This document shows, piece after piece, positions 1 through 9,223 of a DNA stretch of 64,000 bases; position 1 is the stretch's first letter; the number at the start of each line of letters is the position of its first letter. A program made the translations under genes and the position numbers. Source of the stretch: a virus (Duplodnaviria; Caudoviricetes); the IMG/VR virus record IMGVR_UViG_2595698357_000001, positions 64,001 to 128,000 of that record; one strand, 5' to 3'. Under the pieces are notes generated by a model. That model did not search any database, was not told the origin of the DNA, and saw only the letters and a list, made by a program, of their open reading frames with translations.

Positions 1-114
1 GAGTCCTATCTCCCAGCCCATATGCTTAATCGCGACATCTTGTGCACCTACGGGCACACCATCCACTGGCGCATCAAATATGAGACCCCTGAGCTAGGCG
101 ACAATGTTCAATAA
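1..114 (+). CDS. 3' end of a hypothetical protein (partial)
   Basis: Frame 1 is open from base 1 (ESYLPAHMLNRDILCTYGH...) to TAA at 112-114. Confidence 0.5.
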   Translation, partial: ESYLPAHMLNRDILCTYGHTIHWRIKYETPELGDNVQ

Positions 115-132
115 CCCCTGCGTGGTTATTAT
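107..132 (+). promoter_or_regulatory. TTCAAT-N14-TATTAT phage promoter (putative middle class)
   Basis: Exact motif upstream of ORF 163; the same geometry recurs more than 10 times in the window. Confidence 0.7.
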
Positions 133-162
133 TTTCTATATCTTGAAACGAAGGAGCTTCAC

Positions 163-432
163 ATGGCTACTAAGAAAATCGATCCGGCGCTGGTCAAGAC
201 TTATCAGGATCACCGCATCTGGAAGTTGATCCGCAACGCCCAGGCTGCTCAGCATACTGAGATGCGGTTCCATTACCCTATCTCCCAGCGCGCTGTTCCG
301 TTCTATCAGAAGCTGGCTGGCCTGCTGTCGGCCAAAGGCTTCGTGGTGACTGACATACCGAGCGAGAGCATCATGCCGGCTCGCATTGGTGTCATGCATA
401 TCGCCAACCTTCAGAAGGGCAAGACTCTATGA
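163..432 (+). CDS. hypothetical protein
   Basis: AAGGAG RBS, 89 aa, overlaps next start (ATGA). Confidence 0.75.
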   Translation: MATKKIDPALVKTYQDHRIWKLIRNAQAAQHTEMRFHYPISQRAVPFYQKLAGLLSAKGFVVTDIPSESIMPARIGVMHIANLQKGKTL

Positions 433-872
433 AGAAGTGTACCATCCTCGTCACCGGCTCCCGGTCTATCAACAGTGATGCTGATATGCTGAAGATACAT
501 GACCTCCTGGATAGTTGCTCCGATCAGATCATCTCTCAGGGGAAACTATTGGATGCTCTCATCCATGGCGATGCTGTAGGCGTTGACCGGATCTGTGCTG
601 AGTGGTGTACTCCTCGCTCTGTGATTCCCAAATCGTTCCCAATCCCTCAGGATTACTATGATAAGTATGGTAAAGGGGCTGGTGTGCGGCGGAACCAGGA
701 CATGCTGGAACACCTGTTAGAGCTTCGGGCGAAAGGCCAGGATGTCTATGGCCTGGCGTTCTGGGATGGTAGTTCAAACGGAACCAGGGACATGATCACA
801 AGGATGAAGGCAAGCGGGCTGGCCGTGCAAGTCCATCTGCTGGGCAAGCCTAAATCTAAACGTCTGATATAA
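429..872 (+). CDS. SLOG-superfamily (YspA/DUF2493-like) protein
   Basis: Motifs LVTGSR, IHGDAVGVD, AGVRRNQDM, FWDGSSNGTRDMI. Confidence 0.8.
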   Translation: MKKCTILVTGSRSINSDADMLKIHDLLDSCSDQIISQGKLLDALIHGDAVGVDRICAEWCTPRSVIPKSFPIPQDYYDKYGKGAGVRRNQDMLEHLLELRAKGQDVYGLAFWDGSSNGTRDMITRMKASGLAVQVHLLGKPKSKRLI

Positions 873-882
873 GAGAAATACC

Positions 883-1074
883 ATGGGACTTTTCCTGACG
901 TTGTTGTTCTTTGTGTTGTTGGCAATCGGGATCATATGGGTGTTCCCGATCCTGGTTGAAACCTGGGATGAGCAGATTGAAGAACTGCCACTCTCCAATG
1001 AGAACCGGACTGAATGGCTCAGGGGTTATCGGAAGCGTCTCATCCGAAACATCCGCTATCATCTTCCCTTCTGA
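883..1074 (+). CDS. small membrane protein
   Basis: N-terminal hydrophobic helix, GAGA RBS. Confidence 0.6.
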   Translation: MGLFLTLLFFVLLAIGIIWVFPILVETWDEQIEELPLSNENRTEWLRGYRKRLIRNIRYHLPF

Positions 1075-1112
1075 CCATAAATACCCTCACGAACCTGTGG
1101 GGGTATTTTATT

Positions 1113-1835
1113 ATGAACGCTGACATCTACGATCTATTTGACAATGGCAAGGGATTTGAGAACCCATTGACATCTCTGAGCCAAGGGACTACAGCCACCA
1201 TCAATCAGGGCAAGACCCAGGTTGCTGGTCTTCAGAACGTAACCGACTCGGCGCGACAGGCGCTCAACCAGGGCGGATTGACCATAGACAAGATCAATGC
1301 GACCAATGCGATGTTTGGCACTGCTGGAACCAGCGTTGGCACCCTGGTCACTTATGGCGACCAAACCGTCTCAGAGGCATTCTCTCGGATTGGAACGTCT
1401 ACCGCATACACAAGTGGCCTGAAGCAGATAGGACGCGAACCTACCAACTGTGACCTCATCAACAACGCGTTTGGCATCATCCAGCAGAAAGGCCAAGAGT
1501 GGCTGGCTGCATTTGACAGTGCTCTGGCGACGGTAACAGCAACCCTGGATGATCTGTTGCAGGTGATCAATGATGTCACTGCCGCCGGTCTGGCCAAGAT
1601 ACGTCAGCTGGCTGCATTGGTGTCAGGCTACGTCGATCAGGCTATCGGGGTGATCAACCGGCTTGTTGATGAAGTCACGGCGGGGATTGCAGCGGAATTG
1701 GCGCACCTAGAGAGCATGGTGAAGTCCTGCGTGAACTTCTGCATCACGTCTCAGCTGACAGACTGGCTGAAGGACAACTGTGTGGCCGGGGCTATCCATA
1801 AGATGGCGTCGAAAGAACTGAAGGGTTCGCTCTAA
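1113..1835 (+). CDS. hypothetical late protein, helical, Ala/Gly/Thr-rich
   Basis: ORF with ATG at 1113 downstream of CATAAATA late promoter (1076-1083). Confidence 0.75.
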   Translation: MNADIYDLFDNGKGFENPLTSLSQGTTATINQGKTQVAGLQNVTDSARQALNQGGLTIDKINATNAMFGTAGTSVGTLVTYGDQTVSEAFSRIGTSTAYTSGLKQIGREPTNCDLINNAFGIIQQKGQEWLAAFDSALATVTATLDDLLQVINDVTAAGLAKIRQLAALVSGYVDQAIGVINRLVDEVTAGIAAELAHLESMVKSCVNFCITSQLTDWLKDNCVAGAIHKMASKELKGSL

Positions 1836-1837
1836 AA

Positions 1838-1869
1838 ATTAAGCCCCGGCGGATTGTTCGGGGCTTAAT
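1838..1869. terminator. bidirectional intrinsic terminator
   Basis: TTAAGCCCCG...CGGGGCTTAA hairpin between convergent genes. Confidence 0.7.
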
Positions 1870-2530
1870 GCTCACTCATTCTCAATGCTGGGAAAACTCC
1901 TACGGCCTCAACCCCACCGAGGAACAACGTGTCTATGCTGATATCGGACAGCCTGATACTTATGGCACCACCCGGCTTTATCCTGAAGATCTGCATCTCA
2001 CGCCCCACTGGAACCTCATTGACAAAAACGTTCTCAACCGCGATGTCTACGTCTTCCCTGGAATCATTCCTTATGATCAAGGACACCACGACATCCGAGT
2101 ACTCCGGGTTGTAGCCCTTCACCGCTGCCTGCTGCTTGATATCCCTAATGAAGTCAGGCTTTAGCACCAGCAATATGCTGTTGTTCCTTGAGTAATACAA
2201 ACTTCCTGCTATGCGTGGCATCTTTGCCTCATCACCAGACCTAAGCAGGGGCAACTCGGCTTGCCAAGTCGCATCTGCGCCCATTCCGTTTTTGGCCGGG
2301 CGGCAACCAATAGGTCGCAATAAATACTTATCTTTAAAGGCCGTCGCCAACTTTCTAACTGACCCCACATCACACATGGGAACGTTGGCTGTTATTGCTA
2401 CTGGCACGGATCTTACATTACTGTCTCTTAACTGAGACAGGCTCACAATGGGTGTGACAGTTATGCGGCAACCGCCAATTAACAGTGACGCCAGAACAAT
2501 CAACACCCCAATAAATTTTGTCGGGGACAC
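1865..2530 (-). CDS. putative lipoprotein
   Basis: GTG start with GGAG RBS; signal peptide ending in lipobox-like LIGG-C. Confidence 0.7.
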   Translation of the reverse strand: MSPTKFIGVLIVLASLLIGGCRITVTPIVSLSQLRDSNVRSVPVAITANVPMCDVGSVRKLATAFKDKYLLRPIGCRPAKNGMGADATWQAELPLLRSGDEAKMPRIAGSLYYSRNNSILLVLKPDFIRDIKQQAAVKGYNPEYSDVVVSLIIRNDSREDVDIAVENVFVNEVPVGREMQIFRIKPGGAISIRLSDISIDTLFLGGVEAVGVFPALRMSEH

Positions 2531-2562
2531 AGTAGTATCTCCATTATTGAAAGGTGAATGAC

Positions 2563-3057
2563 ATGTCCAGTACAGAAGGCAAATTCAAAAACGAGAATCA
2601 AAACTTCGCCGCATCCGACAAGTGGCGCTGCGTTGTAGGTGACCTCGTCCTGTTCTCCCGCCGTATACACGACTTTAGTGTGCCAGGTGTTTACTCAGAG
2701 GGTATCGATGGACCATCCCCAGGGGACGTCATGGCCCAGATACCTTCCGAACGTTTAACATTCGACCCGGTTGTATTTACCTTCGTTGTCGATGAGGATT
2801 GGAGAAACTGGGAGAGCCTGTTCAGCTGGTTGGTTAACAACGCTAATGCTGATCAGATCAGGGAGCAGGATATTTATATTGAACTGCTCACTAACCTCAA
2901 TAGACCGACAGGGTTAAAATTGCTGCTACAGGATAGTCGGCCGACGGCACTTGACAACGTGATGCTCGATGTTGATGGGGAAGTCCCTCAGCTGGTGTGC
3001 ACCGTGACGTTCAAGTTCCAGAAGTTGATACCACAACGGGCAACCACAACTCTGTAA
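2563..3057 (+). CDS. 3: tail completion / sheath stabiliser (T4 gp3-like)
   Basis: NFAASDKW...PSERLTFDP...FVVDEDWRNW motif; position before uvsY. Confidence 0.8.
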   Translation: MSSTEGKFKNENQNFAASDKWRCVVGDLVLFSRRIHDFSVPGVYSEGIDGPSPGDVMAQIPSERLTFDPVVFTFVVDEDWRNWESLFSWLVNNANADQIREQDIYIELLTNLNRPTGLKLLLQDSRPTALDNVMLDVDGEVPQLVCTVTFKFQKLIPQRATTTL

Positions 3058-3066
3058 GAGATAGCC

Positions 3067-3552
3067 ATGACTGAATTGAAAGAAATTCCTTATGAAGATC
3101 TGTTCGACGGGATCAAGACCATACCATTAGACTACATCATGGACGCCATGGAGAAGTCTCTGGATATTGATCCCAATTCACGCAACCTTGACACGACGTC
3201 CTTGACCACAAGCCGTCTGTTCATGGAGGCTCAGCGTTTCTACATCCATGAGGTACGAGTACTCGAGAAGGTCGTCGCCAAGAAGAACAAGACCGATCTG
3301 TACCTGCGCCGGTATTATGCAGGAGAATTGCCGTCCCAGGTCTACCAGGCTCGGCCTCTTCCAGTCAAGCCACTGAAGTCCGACATCGACATCTGGATCA
3401 AGGCTGACGACAACTATATAGAGATGACGACCTTGCTCGAAGAACAAAAGCGCAAGGTAAAATTTATTGAGAGCTGCTTTGACCGGATCAAGTCTCGGGG
3501 CTACGAGATCAAGACTGCGATAGATTGGCGGCGGTATATGGACGGAAATTAA
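3067..3552 (+). CDS. uvsY: recombination mediator UvsY
   Basis: LKSDIDIWIKADD and RGYEIKTAIDWRRY C-terminal motif. Confidence 0.85.
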   Translation: MTELKEIPYEDLFDGIKTIPLDYIMDAMEKSLDIDPNSRNLDTTSLTTSRLFMEAQRFYIHEVRVLEKVVAKKNKTDLYLRRYYAGELPSQVYQARPLPVKPLKSDIDIWIKADDNYIEMTTLLEEQKRKVKFIESCFDRIKSRGYEIKTAIDWRRYMDGN

Positions 3553-3553
3553 G

Positions 3554-4297
3554 ATGGCTGACCTCAGCACCCTGCGTAAACTGACTGACACCAAGGAACG
3601 CCACAAGACGTTCCAACAATACAACCTCCCGTTCAAAGAGCTGGAGTGTGTCACCACTGACAACGGGCGCTGGTATGTATCCCCCAACGGCGTGAAACTG
3701 ACATCTGTCACCACAATGTTGGGGCGTACTGGTGACCACACCTGGCTGGAAGCGTGGCGTGAGAAACTCGGGGCTGAGGCGGCTGATGCTGAGACCCAAC
3801 GTTGTGCCGACCGGGGTGAGGCCGTCCACCTAGCATGTGAGTTGTACCTGAAGAACGAACCCATGCAGAAGTGCCTGGATGCCGCCGGGGACTATGTCTT
3901 CCTGTTCCTTCAGTTGAAGCCCTATCTGGACAAGTGCACCAAGATCTGGGCGCAAGAGATTCCCCTGTTTAGTGAACGCCTTGGCTTGGCCGGGCGCGTC
4001 GACTGCATCGCAGTGTTCAACGGGGTTCCCGCCATCATTGACTTCAAGACCTCCAACATTATGAAGACCAGGAGCATGATTGAGGACTACAGCATCCAAC
4101 TGTGCCTGTACTCGGCCATGTTCCAGGAGATGTTCGGTAAGAAGATAGAGAAACTGGTGAACGTCATCTCTAATGAGTCATCACCGCTCCCGACCGTCAT
4201 AGAGTTCAACCGCGCCGACATCATCCCTAAGATGCTCGACCGGGTTCGCTTGTATCACAAAATGGATGAAGAGTGCGGTGGTATCTGGGTTCACTAA
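3554..4297 (+). CDS. PD-(D/E)XK exonuclease
   Basis: SVTTML, RGEAVH, AGRVDCI, IIDFKTS, QLCLY motifs. Confidence 0.85.
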   Translation: MADLSTLRKLTDTKERHKTFQQYNLPFKELECVTTDNGRWYVSPNGVKLTSVTTMLGRTGDHTWLEAWREKLGAEAADAETQRCADRGEAVHLACELYLKNEPMQKCLDAAGDYVFLFLQLKPYLDKCTKIWAQEIPLFSERLGLAGRVDCIAVFNGVPAIIDFKTSNIMKTRSMIEDYSIQLCLYSAMFQEMFGKKIEKLVNVISNESSPLPTVIEFNRADIIPKMLDRVRLYHKMDEECGGIWVH

Positions 4298-4328
4298 ATA
4301 CCTGAGTTAACTCAACGAGATAATTCAA

Positions 4329-5828
4329 ATGGCACATGTCTACATCGAGAAAGTGAATGAAGTCCGCATGCGAGTCATCTGCAACGATGAAGGGTTCCAC
4401 GCGGATCTCTATGAGTATTTCAAATTCCCCGATCCGACATTTGAGCCAACTTCTTTCTCACGTTGGGATGGGATGGTTCGCTTCTATCAAAAATCCAGCG
4501 GTTTGATCGATATCGGCCTGCTGTTCCAATTGTTCCAGTTCGTCCGTGAGAACGGCCACACCATGGAGCTTGACCCTCGCCTGAAGTATGTCAATGACAC
4601 CACAGCTGAGGAGATTAAGGAATACCTGATGGAGCTGAACATGAGCATCCGTATGGAGGATGGCTCCTACTCCCATGCGGAATCTCGCGACTACCAATTT
4701 GACTGCGTGTGGACTGCTATCAAACAGACCAGATGCGTCCTCCAGGCGGCGACCTCTGCCGGTAAGTCCATGGTGCTCTACGTTATGGCGCGCTACTACA
4801 GAGGGCGCAGAGAGGCACTCCAGAGCTCCCTGAAGACCCTCATCGTCGTGCCCAGTGTCCACCTGGTGACTCAGCTGTTTGACAACTTTGTTGAATACAG
4901 CCACTTCAACGGGTTCAACTCCGACAGCAATGTCCACCTCATCTATGGTGGCGCTGAGAAGGATACCACCAAACCTATCGTGATCTCCACGTGGCAGGGC
5001 ATCCAGGATCAACCGAAGGAGTGGTTCCAACAGTTTGGTGATATTGTCGTGGATGAGGCGCACACCGCCAAGGCCGAGAAGCTGTCGTACATCATGAATA
5101 GCTGTGTCAACTGTGATCAGCGCCTGGGACTTACCGGTACGCTGGCCAATGATGACCTCAATGCCATGCGTGTTCTGTCCCATTTCGGCGCCTTCAAGAA
5201 GATCATCACGGCGCGTGAGCTGATTGACCAGGGTTATGCTGCTGACATCGAGATCATGATGGTTGAGCTGCAGTATGGAATGGAAGACCGGCACAAGGTA
5301 ACGGCTGACTACAAGCAGGAGATTGAGTTCCTCATCAGCCATGATCTGCGTAACAAGTTCATCCTGATGCTGGCCAAGACCCTCAAGGGGAACACTGCCA
5401 TTATGTTTGACCGGGTAGACGCCCACATGAAGGTCATCTTTGAAGAGCTGTGTAAGGCCAAGGACAACGTCTACATGATCAATGGTGAAGTCCCACCGAA
5501 GGTCAGAGCGCAGATACAGAAGGCAGTTGAGGCCGGGGATGAGGTGACACTGTTGGGTACATACGGGACAATGCAGCAGGGTGTGAGCATCAAGAAGCTT
5601 CATAACCTAGTGTTGGCTCATCCATCCAAGTCATACATCCGTGTTATCCAGACCCTGGGGCGTCTCATGCGTATGCATAGCAGCAAACAGAAAGCCCGCA
5701 TATTTGATATGGTGGACAATCTGTCGCTGCGCGGAAGACCGAATCATGCTCTGAGACACTCTATTGAACGTCACCGTTTCTACAAGGAAGAGAAGCACCC
5801 GGTGACGATGAAGAAGGTCGCGTTGTAG
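4329..5828 (+). CDS. uvsW: UvsW SF2 DNA helicase
   Basis: RDYQ, ATSAGKS, VDEAH, GLTGT, QTLGRLMR motifs. Confidence 0.93.
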   Translation: MAHVYIEKVNEVRMRVICNDEGFHADLYEYFKFPDPTFEPTSFSRWDGMVRFYQKSSGLIDIGLLFQLFQFVRENGHTMELDPRLKYVNDTTAEEIKEYLMELNMSIRMEDGSYSHAESRDYQFDCVWTAIKQTRCVLQAATSAGKSMVLYVMARYYRGRREALQSSLKTLIVVPSVHLVTQLFDNFVEYSHFNGFNSDSNVHLIYGGAEKDTTKPIVISTWQGIQDQPKEWFQQFGDIVVDEAHTAKAEKLSYIMNSCVNCDQRLGLTGTLANDDLNAMRVLSHFGAFKKIITARELIDQGYAADIEIMMVELQYGMEDRHKVTADYKQEIEFLISHDLRNKFILMLAKTLKGNTAIMFDRVDAHMKVIFEELCKAKDNVYMINGEVPPKVRAQIQKAVEAGDEVTLLGTYGTMQQGVSIKKLHNLVLAHPSKSYIRVIQTLGRLMRMHSSKQKARIFDMVDNLSLRGRPNHALRHSIERHRFYKEEKHPVTMKKVAL

Positions 5829-6167
5829 TCACTGATTGACGTAGGCCGGGGATGCCTCGGCCAATTCTTCTTTCACGATGCCGAAGAAGCCGGCAAGCCG
5901 TTCTGGCGCGCCATCGAAGTCACTGAGTTTCAAACCACGGATGAGTTCCTTTGTCAGAACATCCTCATCCCCACAGATTCGAAGAGATGTCGTCCCCAAA
6001 TCACCTGAATAACAGATATATAATCCTGCTGGTCCGTTCTTTTCTACAGACTTTGTATGAAGTGCGGCTGCGTGAGCATCAACATGGTGTTCACTCCGGT
6101 ATAATGTCGCTAAATGAAAATTAACTTTCATTTCTGTTTTGCCTACTAATGTAATCGTGTGCTTCAT
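5829..6167 (-). CDS. hypothetical protein
   Basis: 112 aa ORF convergent with uvsW, divergent from gene 45. Confidence 0.6.
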   Translation of the reverse strand: MKHTITLVGKTEMKVNFHLATLYRSEHHVDAHAAALHTKSVEKNGPAGLYICYSGDLGTTSLRICGDEDVLTKELIRGLKLSDFDGAPERLAGFFGIVKEELAEASPAYVNQ

Positions 6168-6332
6168 ATATTGAATCTCTGTTGGTTAACCTTATATTAA
6201 GGTAATGGTGTAGCCCGTTTAGAGCTACCATAAATTAAATTTGCTATTGACTAAAAAGTGCTTGGACAACGAACTATCCGCCACTACTATTCGAGTTGTT
6301 GTGAGCGAAGCGAACTACAACGAGAATTGCTC

Positions 6333-6413
6333 TTGACCTTATCCGAGCGAAGCGAGTGATTAATATTAATACTATTATTTATATTAAATCAAATAATATA
6401 ACGCCCGCGCGAG
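6333..6413 (+). repeat. origin-like element copy 1 (TTGACCTTATCCGAGCGAAGCGAGTGATTAATATTAAT - AT tract - CGCGCGAG)
   Basis: 36 of 38 nt identical to the reverse complement of 48431-48468, with the same AT-rich spacer and GC end. Confidence 0.8.
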
Positions 6414-6424
6414 CCTTTATTTGC

Positions 6425-6482
6425 TTGCATCCTAACACCGCATGTGGTATAATTTTGTCATTGAAGTAAACCCGCATATAAT
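6425..6482 (+). promoter_or_regulatory. tandem promoters for gene 45: sigma70 TTGCAT-17-TATAAT and GTCATT-N14-TATAAT
   Basis: Both motifs read directly upstream of the gp45 RBS. Confidence 0.65.
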
Positions 6483-6526
6483 GCTAATCGTCGTCAAACA
6501 AACCCCCTTAATAGGAAAGAGAACAT

Positions 6527-7195
6527 ATGTCATCGATTAAACTGTCTGAACGTACTTCAGTGCTGTTGGCCAACGCTGCGACCATCAGCCCGTCCATCGT
6601 ACTCCAGCCGGGTAAATTCCTGCGCACCATCAGTGATTCGTCTTCTATCCTGATGATCGCTCAGATCGAGGAAGAGTTCCCGCACGAATTCCCGATCCTG
6701 GATATCTCCAAGCTGCTGTCCATCCTGAAGCTGAAAAACTTCAAAACCTGTGACCTCGACTTCACCACCGACAAAGTCGTGCTGAAGGGCGATAAAGTTG
6801 AAGCCACCTTCTGGCGTTCGGCCAAAGAGCTGACCACCCTGCCGCCGGACGGTCTGGTTCTGGAGAACCAAGACTACCAAGCAGAAATCTCCCACGATCA
6901 GCTGAGCGAATTCATTCGTGCGTGTTCGGTGCTGGGCCACAAAATCGCCAAGCTGGTCAACTCCGGTGGTAAGTCGTACCTGGTCGGCACCAACCCGGAA
7001 ATCGACAACTCCAACGACTACACCCTGGAGCTGGGCGAAACCGATATGGGCGACTGCAGCCTGATGGTCGAAGTGGGCAACCTGAAAGTTGTTGAAGGTA
7101 ACTACACCATTAAAGCCTACGCTGAAACCCAGGTTATCAACCTGGTCAGCGCCGATGCATCGATCAACTATTACATCGGCATGCATCTGGATTAA
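6527..7195 (+). CDS. 45: sliding clamp gp45
   Basis: IKLSERT..LAN.ATI.PSI N-terminus; synteny 45-44-62-regA. Confidence 0.9.
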   Translation: MSSIKLSERTSVLLANAATISPSIVLQPGKFLRTISDSSSILMIAQIEEEFPHEFPILDISKLLSILKLKNFKTCDLDFTTDKVVLKGDKVEATFWRSAKELTTLPPDGLVLENQDYQAEISHDQLSEFIRACSVLGHKIAKLVNSGGKSYLVGTNPEIDNSNDYTLELGETDMGDCSLMVEVGNLKVVEGNYTIKAYAETQVINLVSADASINYYIGMHLD

Positions 7196-7267
7196 TTCCG
7201 CGCTATAATACTCCGGGCGGGAAACCGCCCTTTGATTTGAATTCTCCTACAACATTTGAGGTAGAGC

Positions 7268-8263
7268 ATGTCTGATATCACGATCCAAACGGATCAATAT
7301 GCTTGGGAAAACAAGTATCGTCCTGGTAAAATCTCCGAGATCATCCTTCCGCGAAACGTTCGCTCCGAGATTGAGGGCTTTATCGCTGACGGTAAGGGTA
7401 AGATCCCGTCGTTCCTGTTCTACAGCCCGTCTCCAGGCACCGGTAAGACCACCACGGCCTTGGCTGTGTGTAATGACATCGGCTGTAAGAAGCCTCTGTT
7501 TATCAACGCCTCACTGCATACTTCCATCGACACCATCCGTGATTTGGTGACACAGTATGCAACCGGCGCGAGCGTGTTCGGTGGCCGTAAGGTCGTCATC
7601 CTGGACGAAGTTGAGCGCCTGAGTACAGCGGCGCAGGAGTCCCTGAAAGGCCTCGTGGAGATGGTGGCGTCCATCTGCTCGTTTGTGTTGACCACCAACG
7701 CCAAGCAGCGCGTCGTGGAGCCTCTGCGCTCTCGTTGCCGTGAGATCGACTTCATCTGGTCAGCGGAAGAAGCCATGGAAGTGCAGTCTCAGTTCCTGCG
7801 CCGCTGTACCGAAATCCTCAATCTGGAAGGTATCCCGTTTGAGATCCCTGTGCTGGCGTCCATCGTCAAGCGCCACTTCCCTGACAACCGCAAGATCCTG
7901 GGCATCCTCCAGAAGAACGCTGTTACCTTCAAGACTGTTGACCAGCGCGCTCTGGTTCAGTTGAAATCTGGCGACCTGGCTGTAGTGGCCACCCTTCTGA
8001 AGGAGAACAAGTGGGGTGAGATGAAGCAGTGGGTGACCGACAACCAGAACTATCTGACGGAAGACCTGTACAGCAAATTCTTCAAGCTGTGCGTTCCTGA
8101 TGACCCGGAAAAGCCGAAGCTGGTAGAGAACGGTTGCATCCCAACCCTGGTGTTCGTCTGTGGCGACGCCCAGTCTAAGCACCGTATGGTTGGGGATTTG
8201 TGGCTGCATGCCGTGTACTTCTTCACCAACGTGATGTTAGAGCTCGAAGGGAAATGGAGATAA
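7268..8263 (+). CDS. 44: clamp loader ATPase subunit gp44
   Basis: WENKYRP, SPGTGKTT, ILDEVE, PLRSRC. Confidence 0.95.
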   Translation: MSDITIQTDQYAWENKYRPGKISEIILPRNVRSEIEGFIADGKGKIPSFLFYSPSPGTGKTTTALAVCNDIGCKKPLFINASLHTSIDTIRDLVTQYATGASVFGGRKVVILDEVERLSTAAQESLKGLVEMVASICSFVLTTNAKQRVVEPLRSRCREIDFIWSAEEAMEVQSQFLRRCTEILNLEGIPFEIPVLASIVKRHFPDNRKILGILQKNAVTFKTVDQRALVQLKSGDLAVVATLLKENKWGEMKQWVTDNQNYLTEDLYSKFFKLCVPDDPEKPKLVENGCIPTLVFVCGDAQSKHRMVGDLWLHAVYFFTNVMLELEGKWR

Positions 8264-8266
8264 CAT

Positions 8267-8698
8267 ATGGCCGGTCTCTTTGATTATCGTAATTCCCTCA
8301 TGGGCGACAACGCCGTTGCAGGGGTTAAGGTCAATCTTCTGGAGACCAACGACCCAGAAATCAAGAAGGGGTTTGACCCCTTCATGGTACGCCGGGCGTT
8401 GGCCCAGAGCAAAGATGTAATCGTGTGTGCTGAGGAGATGAACCTCTTACATCATGTCGACCCTTGGATGCAGTGGAATTACGCTTTTTATTCAATAAAG
8501 CCAAAAAAGCGTTATGATAAATGGTCTAAGAAAGGTGCGGCAAACGAGGACATCACTCTTTTGTGTGACTATTTCCAGATCAGCCCCGAGAAAGCCTCGG
8601 ATTATATGGGCTTCCTGTCTGAGGAAGTTATCGCGGAGATTCGTCTCCGTGTTGAAAACCAAGCGAACGACAACGTTAAACCTAAAAAGGTTAAATAA
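8267..8698 (+). CDS. 62: clamp loader small subunit gp62
   Basis: PFMVRRALAQ, KKRYDKWSK; synteny. Confidence 0.85.
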   Translation: MAGLFDYRNSLMGDNAVAGVKVNLLETNDPEIKKGFDPFMVRRALAQSKDVIVCAEEMNLLHHVDPWMQWNYAFYSIKPKKRYDKWSKKGAANEDITLLCDYFQISPEKASDYMGFLSEEVIAEIRLRVENQANDNVKPKKVK

Positions 8699-8731
8699 GT
8701 AATTGTTTGCTATTGGTTTAAGGAGATTGTC

Positions 8732-9223
8732 ATGCCCCGTAACACGCTGGATATACTGTCCTTGTCGGCAGTAGATCACGAAGATGAAATTTTGGATTGC
8801 CTGGTTGAAGTGGATCTGGACACCAGCAAGGCGCGCGACACGTTCTTCATGATCACCGAGACGCTAACCCGTGTCGGTGTCAACCCGAAGAACGAGGGTG
8901 GTGAGCCAAAGAATGTGCTGTACCAGACCTGCCACATTACCCAGCGCGGCGGGAAATATTACATCGTCCACTTCAAGCATTTCTATATGTTTGAGGGGCG
9001 GCGTAACGGGTTGTGCCGGGAGGACATCCTGCGCATGAACCGGATTATCCGTCTGCTTGAGCAGTGGGGTATGATCAAGATCAAGCACCCTGAACAGATC
9101 ACTGAGCTGGCCCAGCTGGCTCATATCAAAGTTGTAAAACACCATGATGCCGTCAACTGGACTCTGCTACCAAAGTACGATGTTCACAAGGGCAACCGTC
9201 AATCATCTCGGAGAGATAAATGA
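8732..9223 (+). CDS. regA: translational repressor RegA
   Basis: ETLTRVGV, LYQTCHI, YYIVHFK motifs. Confidence 0.9.
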   Translation: MPRNTLDILSLSAVDHEDEILDCLVEVDLDTSKARDTFFMITETLTRVGVNPKNEGGEPKNVLYQTCHITQRGGKYYIVHFKHFYMFEGRRNGLCREDILRMNRIIRLLEQWGMIKIKHPEQITELAQLAHIKVVKHHDAVNWTLLPKYDVHKGNRQSSRRDK

